In this document: piece by piece, positions 1 through 14,828 of the stretch
Layout of the letters: the number at the start of each line of letters is the position of its first letter
Position numbering within the stretch: position 1 is the stretch's first letter
NCBI GenBank assembly: GCA_051362555.1
Contig: CM120642.1
Coordinates: 12,648,001-12,712,000 of the forward strand
DNA: 64,000 bases
Source: Lingula anatina
Lineage: Eukaryota; Animalia; Brachiopoda
Direction: 5' to 3'
The notes under the pieces: generated by a model
What the model saw: the letters and a program-made list of their open reading frames with translations, nothing else
Database searches by the model: none
Told to the model about the DNA's origin: nothing
Made by a program: the position numbers and the translations under genes

Positions 1-1095
1 GGTTCAAAACAAAATTATGTATTTATCAAGAATCTTTTTCTAAAATACCAAAACAGGACAAAGAGGTACGCAAAAGCGTTTACTTGACTCTCTTTTAGAA
101 AAAAAAACATTTCTGGAGAGGGGAAGGGGTTTGATTAAAAAAAATCTTTCCCCAGATTTGGAAACCTGTACAATTACAGACATATAGGAAAAGATTACTC
201 CTTTGCTCTGCAATCAAAATTATTTCTTTTACATCGTTAGCACCTTAACACTTAAACATTTCCTTGTAGATGTGTTTTGCCACCTTATTTTCTCTTCAAA
301 ATTACTACAGATGCATCATACACACTCACCCACAAAGTCTATCAACACTTCGGTAATTGTCATATTCCCTTTACATCTCCAACCCAATCGTTTGTAGAGC
401 CAAAGGCGAAAAAGTCATTATTATCAAGATTTATGTGTTTTGTAATTTTTGTTGGGAGTTTACGACAAATAAAAATGTACACTATGCTGTGAAATTGCCT
501 TTTGCTCGTGCGCTGAGACAGACATGCGTTACGTGTATCACAAGATCCCATCACTTCAGGTTGATTTTCACAGGATAAAAAAGTTCATCGGCTGATTTTG
601 TCTTAATAAGGCCGTGATTCGCGCCACATGGCAGCCAATTTAAAATAGCCCGGTATCGATTCTTGGTGTGAAATCACGGGGAAAATCAGGAAACGTTAAA
701 GACGATCCTCCGCAAACAGACATCGATATCAGGAACTACGCTGAAGGTATTCATCAACGTGTTATTTTCGATTTCCATAATTAAGGTATTCGATTCAAAT
801 CTTTTTCGCACTGTTGTCAGCTTACATTACACACCTAAATGGATTTTTCAAGGAAATAAAACAGTGCCTGCGGGTCTATCGCTGTCTGTCTATAGTCAGG
901 GGTAAGCGCATTAAAAGGTGGGGTTATTGAAGAAACATGACTGTTTTAGACAGCGCCCGCTATCATTTTACACAGTTCCCGAGAAGAAGAACAGCCTTAT
1001 TAAGATTTAAAACATTCATTTGCCTACTAAATATTGGTTCAATATAACCGCCGTGAAAAAAAAAAGAAATGACAATGCATGTATGCTGTACTCAC

Positions 1096-4000
1096 CATGT
1101 CTTTTTCTGATATCGGCCCCATGCTTCGGACGAAGATGTTGATGTTCACAGTGAGAGGGGGTCCTGGAAGGCAAATAAATGTGTATGGGTCATCTTCTGG
1201 GTTCAAAATATTTATACATAACAAGCGTTTAAAGGGATAATAACTCTTCGTATGAGATCTATATTTCACAATAAAAACATTGTGAACAACTCATAGAAAT
1301 ATAGTATATAGGCCTACTGTTGTACAAGAAAAAGGGCAGTTATAGCTATTATTCTGATATCTGAGCTTGTCTTTAGACCACGTGATCTCCATTGATGGCT
1401 ATACTCTTAAGGGATTATAACAAAAAACCAGGGACTAACTTTGAATGTAAAAATAGATTCATTAACCATTGATAAGTACGGAAAATTGTTGTTTACTCCA
1501 GGAAAATTGGCCAAAAAGAAGAGTTATTATCCCTTTAATTCTAATGGGTCAGTAAAGGGCTAATTTGCTGATGAATGCTATATAACGTGTCGGCCACGTG
1601 TAACATATCGCATCGCCCATTTTTTTCGTCAAATTGACAAAGTGATTCGACAGATGAAAAGGTTTTATTTCATAGAAGTTGTAATGAAGATCGGTGGTGT
1701 GGCGAGTATTTGACCTTTATTCTCTGTATGTGTGATCTTTGTGTCGATACGTTAATTTTCAAACCACAGGGCACCGTATTCAAAGTATTTATCCCCGCAT
1801 GTTTTGAGGTCTGCAGTAATTAAAAGATTGCAACGCCCCGCGGAGATAAAAAACCTGAAGTTCGGGGGGAAAAAGCAACCCGCACCTATAAAAATTATCG
1901 ACCAAATGAAAAGCTGACCGATCCCATTATCTTATATGTTATTTGCTGGCTGCTGAAGTTACCTTCAATTTGCGTTTTATTGATATAGGAATTACGATCC
2001 TACCCAGAGGTCCCGTTAACCACACAATTCCATTGACAAGGCTCATCAGAAGTTCTTGTCCATAACAAAAATAGGTGAAGAAAAGGTCACCGAAGGTGTT
2101 TTGACCTTTGAAGACAAAGGCGTTGAGTTTTAATCATCCCTAAACACACATGCTGTATGAAAAGACCAGGTGTCAAAACTGATTTTTTTTGCAAGGCGGC
2201 AAAGCTTCAAATCTTATGAAGTCAAAGTCAAGTGCCTTGGATTTCAGTCCTTCATTAAATTTATATTAGTGTACGCAATTTAACGAAATTTTATTAGAAT
2301 AAATCGCATACGACACAAACCTCCGAACCCGGGGCGCAGGCTCTTGTCATATCCGTCTAACAAAGAGTCCAAGATCTTCGTGGTGTTCCGTCCCAATTCG
2401 GACACGTAATCATCGGAATTCGTCTGGTTGGTAATGTCATATGTTCTATTGGCGGCCCTCACAGACCGGAGGAGAATGTAGTGTTCTTCATTGAAAGATG
2501 CGGTCACAATTGCAATTCTGAATGAGAAAAAGTAGATAGGTCAGATCATATGCATACTTGAATGCTTTTCCCCTACCTCTTTCCTAAAGTGATAAAGGCT
2601 GTTTTAAGATCTAGCTCGAGCGCACACGCACGCAAACACACACTCACACACACACACACACACACACAGTGGCACACACGTGTACATTTTCGCACCTATT
2701 ATATCTCAAGTACGTTTGAAAATGACTGAAAAGTACAAGGGTACTACAGGTACAAATTTACTCTTGCATAGAAATCGTGTTCCCAATATGTCTTGTAACT
2801 CACGGCCACATGTATCATCACTTTGGTTACCCACGTGTGTGACTGCAACCAAATCCACTCGCTTAAGCCCTAGATATGTGGTGTATTATTTAACGCAAAA
2901 TTGGCAAATTTATTGAAAGATATCCAACCGTGTAAAATGACATATTTCATTCATCTTTGTTCGATCCCAATATTCGGTATGCAAAATTGAAAAAGATATG
3001 GAAATCAAAGATCTATATGTCTACCTGCTTACTGGATAAAAATGGGGATTAATGACCGTTTAAATCACGACCCCGGTCACTTTCATATACCTACTCATCA
3101 ATAATAATAAGTTATGGAATATTACACCACATGTTATTTTCTCTTTGATGTAATTAATGTTTTCGACTAAAATGTTGACATGCTGTACCATGAAACCAAG
3201 AATTCTCAAACACCCAAAAGAAAAAGAAACATTAGAAAAAAGACGGCGCTAAGTGCAAAGTATTTATTGTCAGAAGAGTTATCCAGGGGGGTCAGATCCC
3301 AGTGTGGTGTTGCAATGGAATGCACACAACCCATTAATAAAGCAAGTTCTTCAATCCTTTCTCTGCTTCCACTCTGCATTTTAAACCAGGTAAGTACTGG
3401 AGATTACCACGGCCACTCACTGGGTCACGTACCGAACAGAGAAAACGGAAGAAAATACGCATTAGTGATTATACTTTCGACTTTTGCTGGCAGAAAGTGG
3501 CTTGGTGCTACTTCTACGTGACTGCTTTGCGTCCACGGAGATGCCGGGGAATTAACAGTTAATCCACAAAACGAAGCCTACATCGAGTGGGAGTGAAGTG
3601 CCCACTTAGGATTAGTGAATGCCGCACAGCCCTTGGGTCATTGTAGAACACATCAGGTGTGACAGCCCCCTGAATGCGCCCTGAATGGCACTCTTCTGAA
3701 GATTTGTGGCAACCGTTCTCAATAATACACCATGTCAGGTGCAAGTGTGATTCGGTTCAAGTGGCCGCTAACAATATGGTTGACTTTCCCTTACTGGAAG
3801 ACCACGGGTTCCTACCTGTTTAATTTTCTTATTTTGTTTTTGTTTGGTGACGTAACTGACACTGAAACTCATTGATGCGCGGACTGGTTATATGAGCTAG
3901 GTTGGTGTTAGATTTTTACAGCTGAGATTGTTTGCCTTTAGTGCAGGGGTTTTATTTCCACTTGACGTGACACCAAAATAACAGAAGCCTTAACGAAGTA

Positions 4001-5101
4001 ATATCCAGTCGATAAATTAAGTTTGTTATGTGTGTGTGGAGGGGGGGGGGGGTGAAGGGGGCATATTATAAAAAGTATTTTATGTTTAGTAATTATTTTT
4101 GAAAAAAAAAACAATATATAACATACCTTTTATTTGTCTAGGCATTGTTTATGTTTGTATCAATAACTATCTCCTAGATGTTTACAAACATGAAAATGAA
4201 CGCTATTGAAAAAGAGTTCGAAATATCCAAAAAAGGAAATGGAAATAGTTTTATCTTATCCTCCTGAAAACATTGGCAATATCTTTTAACGAAATAAAAT
4301 TGACAAAGAACTAAAGAAAGAGGGTCCTAATGAATCCATGACCCAACTTTTCTCACGTTAAGCGTTACTACAAGACCTCCTCTATCTCTCTACTTAAACG
4401 CGAAATGCCATATAAGAAATAGAATGAAATGATCGAAAAGCAATTCAGCTCATTCCAGAGATACGACAGTCAAAAGAACATCTAATTTAATATCTAAAAT
4501 ATATTTAAAAGATGTAAACTACTTATACAGTGGCATTCAAAACTGAGAACTGTAATAGCATGTTCCTGCCACAAATGCAATTACTGTGCAAATTATATAG
4601 ATGATATTTATGGCACTATTGCACGGCAGACAATCGAAGAATATTAATTTAATTTACGAAAAAAAAAAAACAGTCGGTTCACTACATTTGATACCGTCAA
4701 TGGCTTCTCTACTGTGAGAACATTACCGGCGACAAAAACACTGGTATTACGTTGTGCAAATGCTCTTCGTTATCCGAGTGTTTTGCTTCTTGTGAATTCA
4801 ATAACAGAAATGATATAAGGACTGAAAGTATTTGTGATTGCGTGAAATTTTGGTTTATTCTGTAATTGATCAAAAAATGTTTAACCTAAATTCTGAAATC
4901 GAAAAGACGTCCTTCCGCCGACAGTAGTCAACTACGCACGACGTGATTGAACACTTCTGAACATGATGTGAATCTACAGTATATCATTATTTGAAAATGA
5001 TTTTTAACGTTCTTAAGAAAATACACTAAAGAAGCTTACCCAGTGAAGAAAACCATCAAGCTGGCTGACCAGTGGAGGTCCATGTCTCGTGGGCTCATCA
5101 T
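1096..5101 (-). CDS. Cys-loop ligand-gated ion channel, GABA-A receptor alpha/Grd-like subunit; 5' part only (rest lies left of the window)
   Basis: Exons 5040..5101, 2321..2517 and 1096..1163 have GT-AG boundaries and matching phases. They give MMSPRDMDLHWSASLMVFFTGIAIVTA (signal peptide)...[44 protein letters not shown]. The L-D-G-Y-D-x-x-L-R-P helix and the 68-nt exon ending [11 protein letters not shown] are typical of GABA-A alpha/Grd-type subunits. Confidence 0.9.
1233..1534. mobile_element. Non-autonomous DNA transposon (MITE), TTAA-specific, Kolobok-like ends
   Basis: Perfect 17-bp TIR AGGGATAATAACTCTTC (1233-1249 / 1518-1534), flanked by TTAA on both sides (1229-1232, 1535-1538). 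No ORF. Lies in a GABA receptor intron. Confidence 0.75.
3244..3820 (+). mobile_element. Possible degenerate tRNA-derived SINE
   Basis: Weak A-box-like (GGCGCTAAGTGC) and B-box-like (GGTCAGATCCC) motifs, then a loosely CORE-like segment and a GC-richer body inside an AT-rich intron. Family not recognised. Confidence 0.25.
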
Positions 5102-7495
5102 CCTTGAGGGCTGGGGCAGGGCCTGGGACGCCGCCAGACTTAGTCTATTTTATCTTGCCTCTCGTGCTAGGGTCTGAATCGATAAAACATCACTAAATAG
5201 ATGTTTAAAACAGCCCTAGGCGTCCAGCTATGAGCAGTCTTGTAAAGCGTGTAATGTGGTTTACTGCCTTTGCCCTAAAACAAACGCCATTCGGTTGACT
5301 CAAGTATTTTCTGAGATTGTTTTGTCCAAATGCCCGTCTCTTATTCTATCTGCGGTGGGTTTTCTGCAAACAGGCTTCTCTGCCAGTGGTGGAATAAGTA
5401 ACATCTGAATATTTTTCGTGCTAAATTAATTAATGAACATCAGACATTACGAAAAGAAAAATTGCGTTTTACCTGTTGAAAGGTATGTTTTTTCATCGAT
5501 ACCCGAACCTTCCGTCACTTTCTGCCTTGCGCAATTAAAGTGGTGAGAGTAAGCAAGAGGCACGCGTACAATTTTCGAGGGAACGCATCACAAGGTGTAC
5601 GCCTGGTTTTTAAGAATTGATGGGCGCCGAATCATTTAATGTAAATAGAGAATGTTTCAAACTATGCCCGCATAATGCCTCACTATGCTAAATAATAACA
5701 GAGAATGAAAGACGGCTTTGGACTGTAAGCAATGCTTCGCTTTTATCAATGGAGGAATAATGCAACTATGCCTAATAACAAGAGGTCTGTTCTTCGTAAT
5801 CGAGGAATTGCTCAGCCGCGTCGGCGGATTTGAATGCTAAACTGTGAAAACATGCAAACAAGAAGGAGGGTTACTTAGACATAATTATGTCAGAATGTCA
5901 GAAGGCCGCGTTAATATGAGTGGATGGAATTCGTTACGGTCTGGATTGTATGGTTATCTTCAAGCCGTCGTAAAGTTACGCCATCTGGCTCAGTTTAGAG
6001 CTATTTACCCATGAAAATCAAAACAAACACGAGAAATCTCATGTAGAAGAGGTATTTACAAATTAAAACCTCAACAGACGACGTTTTGTGCTACGTAACA
6101 ATATGCATAAAACGTGTTTTCGCCATCTGTATGTACCAGCACGATTCAAAGCAACGATCACATCCTTTGAAGTGGTGTCTTCCGCAAAATATAATTGATC
6201 ATAGCCATATTGTTTATCCTTAAAAAAATTAAGTAAATGTAAAAAACACTCGATATGCAAATCACTTTACCAAACAGCAGAGCAAAATAATATCTATACT
6301 GCCACGGCTTAATCGAAGAGCATTAAGGCGAGCATATGCATTTCAATGCATTGTGGATAGAGGAGTAATATTTATTATAGAAAGAGAAATATTTATTACA
6401 AAAAGCGTTAATTCGTCGTCAAAGAAATGTGTCGAAGTTTGGCAATTTATGTTGAAGATATGGCATGATTTCACCATTTCATTCTTACATGGCTTGTTTT
6501 CCGTTGTTCCTGTCACGTTGATTACGTCACTCTGCAACCCACGTCATCGTCTCAGTCGGAATATGCAGCAGTTCAAAAGGTAATCGAATTGTAAGGTTTC
6601 TGAAAGCCCTCACTGCTTTCCATATAATCGCATTTAATAACCTCTCACCAGGTAGACATGCTTTTTCTGTTTCGACATAAAATAAAATCTTTTCATCTGA
6701 ACTCAGAAAACAGTCTTTAAATCCTGGCAGATCAAGCACTTCTTGAAATTCGGAGTTCTTATATTGTTTGCAAATTAAAAAGTTAAACATTTTAAAAGCT
6801 TAACACCTCATAGCAAAGAGGATATTTGTTTTCAATTACCTAAATATCTTAAGAAGTTAATCGCTAGTCCGAGGTTTCGAAAAAAATAAACGTGCTTTCC
6901 ATTTATTGATTTATCAAATCTTAGACAATCACGTAGTACATGTATATGAAGATTTAGAAAGCCTACCTTATGTTCGGTTCATTGCATGGAGGTCGTGTGT
7001 AATCTCTGGGGCGTAGCGTAATTCCAGCGTCATGTTTGGAGTCAGTTAAAGTTGAAGAAGATTCTTCACATCTGTATCATGTGTGTTTCCATTCAGGCAA
7101 CCGCACAGCGTTGGTGCAGATAGAGACCATGGACCGTCTATTATGATAAAAGTGCTGTATTCCTCTGGAAACACGTAATCTGCATCCCAAATATGCACTC
7201 TTCTTAAATGTAGGTGTATTGAATCTAATTACATCATACAAATTACACTTTGTGCTTATGATTATTGACCACTTTAGGATTGTTTCATCTTCAAGAATTA
7301 ATGATAATAATTATATGGAATTGTGTGCGGTGCAATAATGAAGGATATAGGGAATGGGATGTTTTTGTTCGATGAACATTCAATGAATTCTTATTTTAGA
7401 TTGTTTTCAATACATAATTTTGTTTTGTGATGTTTTTCCTTCAAATCATGTGAATGATGTTTATGTTAATCCATTTTATCATAATTATTGCAAAT

Positions 7496-7545
7496 TTAAG
7501 AAGAACACAACAAGGACACACGCTGAAAACAACCAGGGTCATTTG

Positions 7546-7606
<61 letters not shown>

Positions 7607-7635
7607 ATTATCACGAACACACACTCGTTCGTCCT

Positions 7636-7683
<48 letters not shown>

Positions 7684-7741
7684 AACACCATGAGGCATTA
7701 AGAAGAACACAACAAGGACACACGCTGAAAACAACCAGGGT
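7496..7741. repeat. 44-bp perfect direct repeat enclosing (CT)n/(CA)n/(CT)n microsatellites
   Basis: TTAAGAAGAACACAACAAGGACACACGCTGAAAACAACCAGGGT at 7496-7539 and 7698-7741, with CT and CA runs between. Confidence 0.9.
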
Positions 7742-8697
7742 GGCGTTGTTTATTAGGAAAGCAAGCCCAAGGCCCTTAACCTAAGGGCCCCTCACCCCAG
7801 GTCACCCACCACATTTCAGAAAAATTAATTGACACAAAGGTGGTATTGAAGGCAAAAGGAGACTGTAAGCCATGTATAAATAGGAGTGTACAAAAACCTG
7901 AGTAATATTTTCCAATTCAGTGTAACTGCAGAACCTTCAGAGAAAACACTTAAATGTCATAATGTAGACAGTGCACTAATTCACGATGGGTGTCATTTTT
8001 ACCCGGACCGAATGCTGTATTAAAAAAAAACACCACTGAAATGTTTGCAGAAACGGAACTGTTGGTTAGCCAAAGGTTTTGTTTTGGTCCGTAAGCCATA
8101 AAGAAATAGGAATATAAAAAATTTGGGTAACGTTTTTCAAATCAGTGTAACCGCAAAAGCTTACATCAGAGATTTTCGTAACTTTTTTAATCGATGTACC
8201 GTGTACTGATTTGATGCACGGTTAGGCTACTGATAACCTATACCGATCACAGATTGATTTTGCACTAGATATTCACAATTATGTCTCTGGTTAATTCAGG
8301 ACACAATTCTTTACAGGTGAAAAGTGCAAATGATAAATTTGCAGCCCTGGCAGAGGGTAGGTTAGTGAAGGGATGGAGAAGAGAAAACAAAGGTCCCTGT
8401 CCTCTATGTCAAGCGGGCGATGTCTTGAAAATGCGATTCAAACTTTCTTAATTTGTTTTCCAATAACGTTATATGACTATATGTGAGCTGTGAGCCTTCA
8501 TTGCAATTACACAAAATCTTTAGTGAAGGTATATTGGGGGGTGGGGGAGGGGTCTTAAACTTCCATTAGAACGCGTACGGCAAAAATATTTGGTGTGTCT
8601 CCGAACAAATTTCCATCAACTACCTCCTATTAATCTATTTAAAAAAATTCAGATTAACACAAATTTTTCTGCCTCCATCAAGCCTCTGTCTTCTCTC

Positions 8698-8702
<5 letters not shown>

Positions 8703-8749
<47 letters not shown>

Positions 8750-8758
8750 ACACACACA
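8703..8758. repeat. (CA)n microsatellite
   Basis: Read directly. Similar CA/GT tracts at ~2645-2668, ~11685-11718 and ~59307-59358. Confidence 0.95.
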
Positions 8759-11680
8759 GTTTAGCAAAATCCTGTAGTCTCTTGTACCAGGTCCTCTACA
8801 CCCTTGAACTAACTGTGGCGACATCTATTAGTCGACAAGTAAACTAAAATTACGTTATCACGACCACCGCAAGATGTCAGCAGTGGAGGTGAATAATCCA
8901 ATTTTGTCAATTTTAGAAATAAAATTGTATTCATCAGTGGTAGTTTTTTTCTTCAAAAGGTGAAGAAACATATCAAATGAGAGTTATCCATGAATATCTC
9001 AATGTATAACTGATACAGTATTACATTATAAATATTTACAAGAAATGTTATTATGTTTTGATTGTGGATGAAAATTAATTTCCTTGATCATTTTCAAAAG
9101 AGTACTGCTAGTTCTTTCCATTGAAATACTCTTAATTAAAATGCTGGCATAGAAATGCATCACCAAAAAATCTTTGTTCCTCCTTCGTTTTTGTGAAAAG
9201 CTAGCACTACCTCTAGTTACATGTGTAACGTGCGTTGGCATTAGCACTGCTAGAACAAAGCAGTTTTTGGGTGATTACATGTATACACCTAACTTGCAAT
9301 GGCTTATTTAATGTTTATGGCTTCTATGCCCCTATTAATTACAGGGGACAAACCTCTGACCCAAAATACTCCATTTGGAATATTTATCGGATTATTTTGA
9401 TCCGATGCTTAACGTCAGCTTCGATTTTTGCGTTTAATGAAAATATTGAGATTAAATCATCTTTGCCGGATAGAATTTTCAAACCTTGTGAAATTCGTTG
9501 TTATCTTTTGGGATAATGAACCCGTGTTTTTTTATGTTTTCTGTCCATCTATTTTGGTGTCCATCTAGTTTATATGACTTAAAATGGCATGTGTATGTCA
9601 TTTAATGATAATCAACCAAAAGCGCTGTATGCGGCACTAAAATTTTGACTTTATGCTTTTATAACGACTGTAATCGGATCCGATCGCGTATTAAGCAAAC
9701 ACAAACTCCAACAAGAAAAAAATACTTTCTAATCTTATTGTGCTGCTATTTGACATGAATGATTTAACCCCTTCCCCCCGGCCATTTATGATATTGTTGA
9801 AGAAACAGACGATATGTGTTGCATACAAATAATGTAAAAAAATCTCTTTGTTGGATCTTTAAAACAATAACCTGAAACCACAGCTTAATTTACTTTGGGC
9901 CCTAGTAGAAACCTATAATGTTCAGTTTCTTTAATTAACTTTAGCACTGAGCAGGCGATTGTGATATCTACATAACGTCACTGTGTCTTAGGGAAACCGT
10001 ATTGTTTTGGGCGTCATAGTCTGGATATTGCGTATTTGCATTGAGTCAAAGCGGTGCGCACCTTTTGTAGATGTCCCTCTTTACTTGTTAGCAGCCAAGC
10101 GAAGTGCATTATTTGCTCTAATAGAATTAACCGTGAACCGACTAATTCAAAGTGAAAAGTGATATTTGCATTTTCACAAAGCAAATCACAGACAATACAA
10201 TAATCCCTCGACGCACCGGAATACGGTTATTATACATGGAAGTTAAAGGTTAGGGTTTAGCTAGGCCCCTCTCTGCCGACACCATAGGAATGAAATAAGA
10301 CGCAATTCATAGTTCTTAGCCTTATAAAGTCCTCAGTCGGTAAAAAGAAACGATTTAGGACGCTGTGAAATCACAGGTAAGTGTGTCGTGTCATTAATGG
10401 GTAAATTCATGTAAAGCTTTACATATTTAAAATGCTAGGGTGTTTCCATTGTCTGACTGTTTTTTCTTCTTCGAGAATAATCTATCCTTATGTAATTTGA
10501 GGCAATGATTGACTGCGCTGAGCAGTTGGCGTTTTATCACGAGTCCTGGTGTGAAGCATGACCCTCTTAATCCCACACAAGTTTTATTTTCTACATGTCT
10601 AAATTATACTGGTCCTTACTCAACGTTTCAACTAGTAGCTGAACAAGTTTCAATACATTCCTTTAAAGCAGTAATTAGCAGAATAGGTAAGTCTCCGATT
10701 TAAAAAAATTAACTCAATTGGAGTATTAATGACTTCTAGAAAATATAAGTCTGCTGAATGGCTACTGTCCTTTGCAGAGTTCAATATATCAAGGTACACA
10801 TTTTATTTACTATAGAATACTACTTAGGCGTGACAACAGTTACCAATGATCCTAGGTGAGAAGTTAATAAAACTGTTGCCATCAATAAATTCTTCAAAAA
10901 CCTGTCATTCTTCTGGAAGTATAAGGACTGTTTAAGAAATTAACTGCCGGCACAGCTGTACAATGATTGTATTTTTGATAGTGGTCTCAAAAATGCTTGT
11001 GAACGTATGAACCACAACTTTTGCGGCTTCATTGGGGGGGGCGTCTCAGCTTTTATCTGACAGTGTAAAGAGTTGAGTAAATAATTATTGTCATGCAAAA
11101 AAAGGGACTTAAAACCCACGAAATCTTGCTATCACTGTTTCACACGACAGGGTATAAAATAGCCTGTAACGACTCGCTGTAGTGATAATCTTGCGTTATA
11201 TATCTGAGTAAGAGCAGAGTCCATCGTGAGAGCCAAAGAAAAAAAAACAGTGGGAACAGCGATAAGTTTCTATTCGAAACATGGGGACACGCCGCCCAGT
11301 GCTATTGACCAACTGTGTTTGATTATAGCCGGTAACTATCGGTCATATCTTTGGTGTCAAAAGATAATCGAAGCCTGATTTATTGGTTAACGAACAAACG
11401 GGTTAGCAGGTAAATAGTAATATAGGTAGATAGGGGTGATGATTTACAGCACTGGCCTGATCGGCTAGGTGACTCCAGGTGAAGTTTGGTGTATAAGGTA
11501 TGTATAATTTTCATGTAATATATGAGCGTTAGTTTTAGCAATATAATATTGTCAAGGCAGTGACGGATCCAGGGGGACGAAGGACCCACAAAATTATTTT
11601 GGCTTTTTCCTGGTTGATGTCCTGTGCCAATGAGAGAGAGAGAGAGAATTTTTCGATTTATTTTTTGCCTCTAAAAATAC

Positions 11681-11724
<44 letters not shown>

Positions 11725-13365
11725 CTGGTAATGTACAGACCCATTCGCATTTATAAGAGGATAGCAGTAAATGTACATAGTACAATCTATAACAGCCTAG
11801 AGATGTGATGTTCTGTTAAACAAGCCAAACATGCCATACGTCGACGAATAATACGGTGCTTTCGTGATTTAATATCCTAGCACCTCCTCTCCTGTATCTA
11901 TCCATTTAATCGCCCAATCAAGCAACTTAAGCCGTTCACATGACCTGCCTGATAACCTTAAACGTCTTATTGAATTTCGCTCAAAGATAAGTCAAAGCTT
12001 GTAAATCCAGGCAGTTCGTTATTCCCTTATCAGTACAAGTAACCGTTGATGGTGTTCTGCGCTAAAAGAAAATCCTGACCATCACTCTTTTCAGTCCTTG
12101 GAGAATATCCGTTCTTAAGTCCATGTTACATGTACACTGTGGGCTAGCATTCATTCTCGTAGCGGTCGCAAACCGCTGTAACAAGTGCTTAAGATAAAAT
12201 TTTAATTATTTCTAACCAAGTGAACGGTTGGAGGCATACCTTATCCTTTCACTCTTTTTCTCTAGCTTTTGAGCTCGAGTCGCGATTTCTAAAATTACTA
12301 AAAATGCATAAGAAATGTCCGCACGATGAAAGCACTGGTTAAGAAAAATGTCTTTGTTTCTGAGCAGTCTATAAAAGTTTCTGTCTCATTTTCTGACCAA
12401 GACCCTAAAGCTCTCACGACGGCTCTTCATTTTAAAACTTGAAATCGAGAAAGCGTCATGTGACAAAAATTATACTACTGAAAGTTAATGGGGAAAGCGT
12501 GTTATTGTAATTGACTTAAGCAAAAATTAATGCATTTTAACCAGCATCCAAGCATTTTCTGCAGGCGTGCTTGCCATGAATTGATTTATTCCTTTGGACG
12601 TGCCAGAAACTGGAATCGGCTATCAAAAACATGCTTCATTGCCCGGTTACCTGCAACTTGATCCACAGGGTCCCTAAAATCTAAATAATGCGGAAAGGTC
12701 ATGTTGGAGCAGGGTTTGGAGGCTTTTTTGTGGACCTTATGGAAAATATCGAAACATCACAGCGACCTTCCAGAGTGTGAAAGTTAATAACTTGTAAGGA
12801 GCTAGGGTATCATCTGTAGAGGTAATGTTTTCAGAGTGATCTAACCAAGTTAATATTTAAGATGTCGACGGTGGAGTTTCGCTACTAGTTTTGTTATTTA
12901 GCTCAATATTTATACATTCAATTATTGAATAGGACTCCTATCCAGTTTTCCTTCCACCTGTTTAGATGTAAACGCTATGGTCATACAGGGACTTCACGCC
13001 AGACAAATCACGCGTGTAACGCTACACACAGCCTATACAAATATGGAATTCGATGCAGACAAAATAACAGAAAGTGTTACGTTTCATTTACATTTGTTAC
13101 ACTCCCAGAGAGGTTGAACTAGGGTCGAATGTACGCATAAAGGGGTTGTATATACTATGACACAATGGATATAATTTAGTATTATGTTATTTCGTTAAAT
13201 TGGAAATTTTCCCCAACATGTCAGGTGCTCGTGTAAAGTTCACGCCCTCGTCACGTCACCAGCCAAAAGCGGGCACAGAATACATTGGAATGTCACGCCA
13301 TGAAGGAACAGAGAGACCATGGTAGTAGTTTTTTTTTATGTCATGGCGGGTCTATTTATTTAGTG

Positions 13366-13379
13366 GTTTCCATGGTGAC
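13366..13379. promoter_or_regulatory. RFX X-box-like motif
   Basis: GTTTCCATGGTGAC is close to the GTTGCCATGGCAAC consensus and sits in a CpG-containing patch upstream of the His-rich gene. Motif match only. Confidence 0.3.
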
Positions 13380-14343
13380 GAAATACCGCACGTGGTGGAG
13401 ACGACGATGTTTACCGGAGTCCAGATTTCTCCATGTGATCCCCTGCTGTTGGTCTGACGTATTTATTTATTGTTATTACTATTACTGTTTAATTTATAAA
13501 ATCAACAAACTTGCGCGGAAAAACATTCCCTTGATAAATTTTATCGATACGCCATACATCTATCTATTGGATTGCATCTCAAAATCCTACCTGGTCTTCT
13601 TTCATCCCTTAGATTATTTTTAAGGTTGTGATTTAACGAGAATATATTCACATAAAAGAAAAAAAGTCCCTTAACTATGAGGATTTGAAGTTCTTTACAC
13701 AAGACAAGGCTGACGTTCTGTTTTCCTGTTATATTCTATTTATTAGTCCACCAACCTTGAACGAAAACAATTCTAAATAAATTATCATCGATATTCTATA
13801 GTCTTCCATTCATTGTATTTTACCCGCAGCTCTTCTGTTTTTTTAATTGTGCATTTCATCATGTTAGGTTTGGCATTGTTAAGGAGTTGAGGCGTGTGCG
13901 AAAAGACATAGATTTAAAACTTCTTTGATTATTAAAGAAAACAAATAGCATTTTATGAAATGGAATCTTACACAGTTAAAGAACACAGTACCGTAACCGA
14001 TAATTAACCTATTCACGCTTGTTTAGCCATATTTGGGCACTTGCTACATAATTGATTAAGATGTGCTTGTGACTGGAAATACTTGCCAATAAGAAACAGT
14101 CGATAAACTCTTTCATTAAATTTCATTTCCCTTGCAAACAGTCTCATCAGCTAACTTCCCGCGGAACGGCCGATCAATGAAACCTTTACCAGCGAGTACA
14201 ATTTCATATGAAAACAATGCCGGAGTTGTTAAGTGTGTTGATATCATAATAATGGAGCAGTGTTATATAGACTTAAGACGAAACTATGAGATGTTTTGGG
14301 AGTGACTTATTTATTATGCACTTGTACAGAGCTATGGCACCAC

Positions 14344-14351
14344 TGACGTCA
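14344..14351. promoter_or_regulatory. Palindromic CRE (TGACGTCA)
   Basis: Perfect TGACGTCA just upstream of the putative non-coding exon (donor G|GTGAGT at 14504) of the His-rich gene. Function not shown. Confidence 0.35.
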
Positions 14352-14828
14352 TAGAACTGAAGCGAAAACTAAGCCTGCCAGAAACCATGTTCTCATTTGT
14401 TGTATTTAGTTTGTGTCTGGAGATTTTGTTTTAAAGACGTGAAAGAAGAGTGTTTGGTTTTAAGTTACGAATGAAACCGAGGTGGTTTTAATGGCAGCTA
14501 TCGGTGAGTGAAATGAGTTAAGCTGATTGAAAAAAATGTGCTTGAGGTTAAATATGTATTATCCCATATCCTACAGGTGAGGGTTACTGGCAAGGATAGA
14601 ACAAATACTAGCGCAGTTAACGGTTATATTTTTCTAAATTGTATTTTTATTCGGTCGATTCTTTGATATCTCTTATTTAAATGAATGCTATTTTTTTCTT
14701 TGCAGAATGGAAACTAGAATAATGACGCCAAGTTTAGGAAAATGTAAATGGAAAAATAAGTTGCCTCATTAGCAATACGATCTGTGAACTGCGTCTACGT
14801 ACAAAATTTATAACTACGTGCAACTGCT

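Noticed and set aside
7420-7734. ORFs with SLSL/THTH/ERER/VCVC/YIYI runs (also at 8590, 11560, 19830, 37593, 59091)
   Set aside because: Translations of dinucleotide microsatellites.
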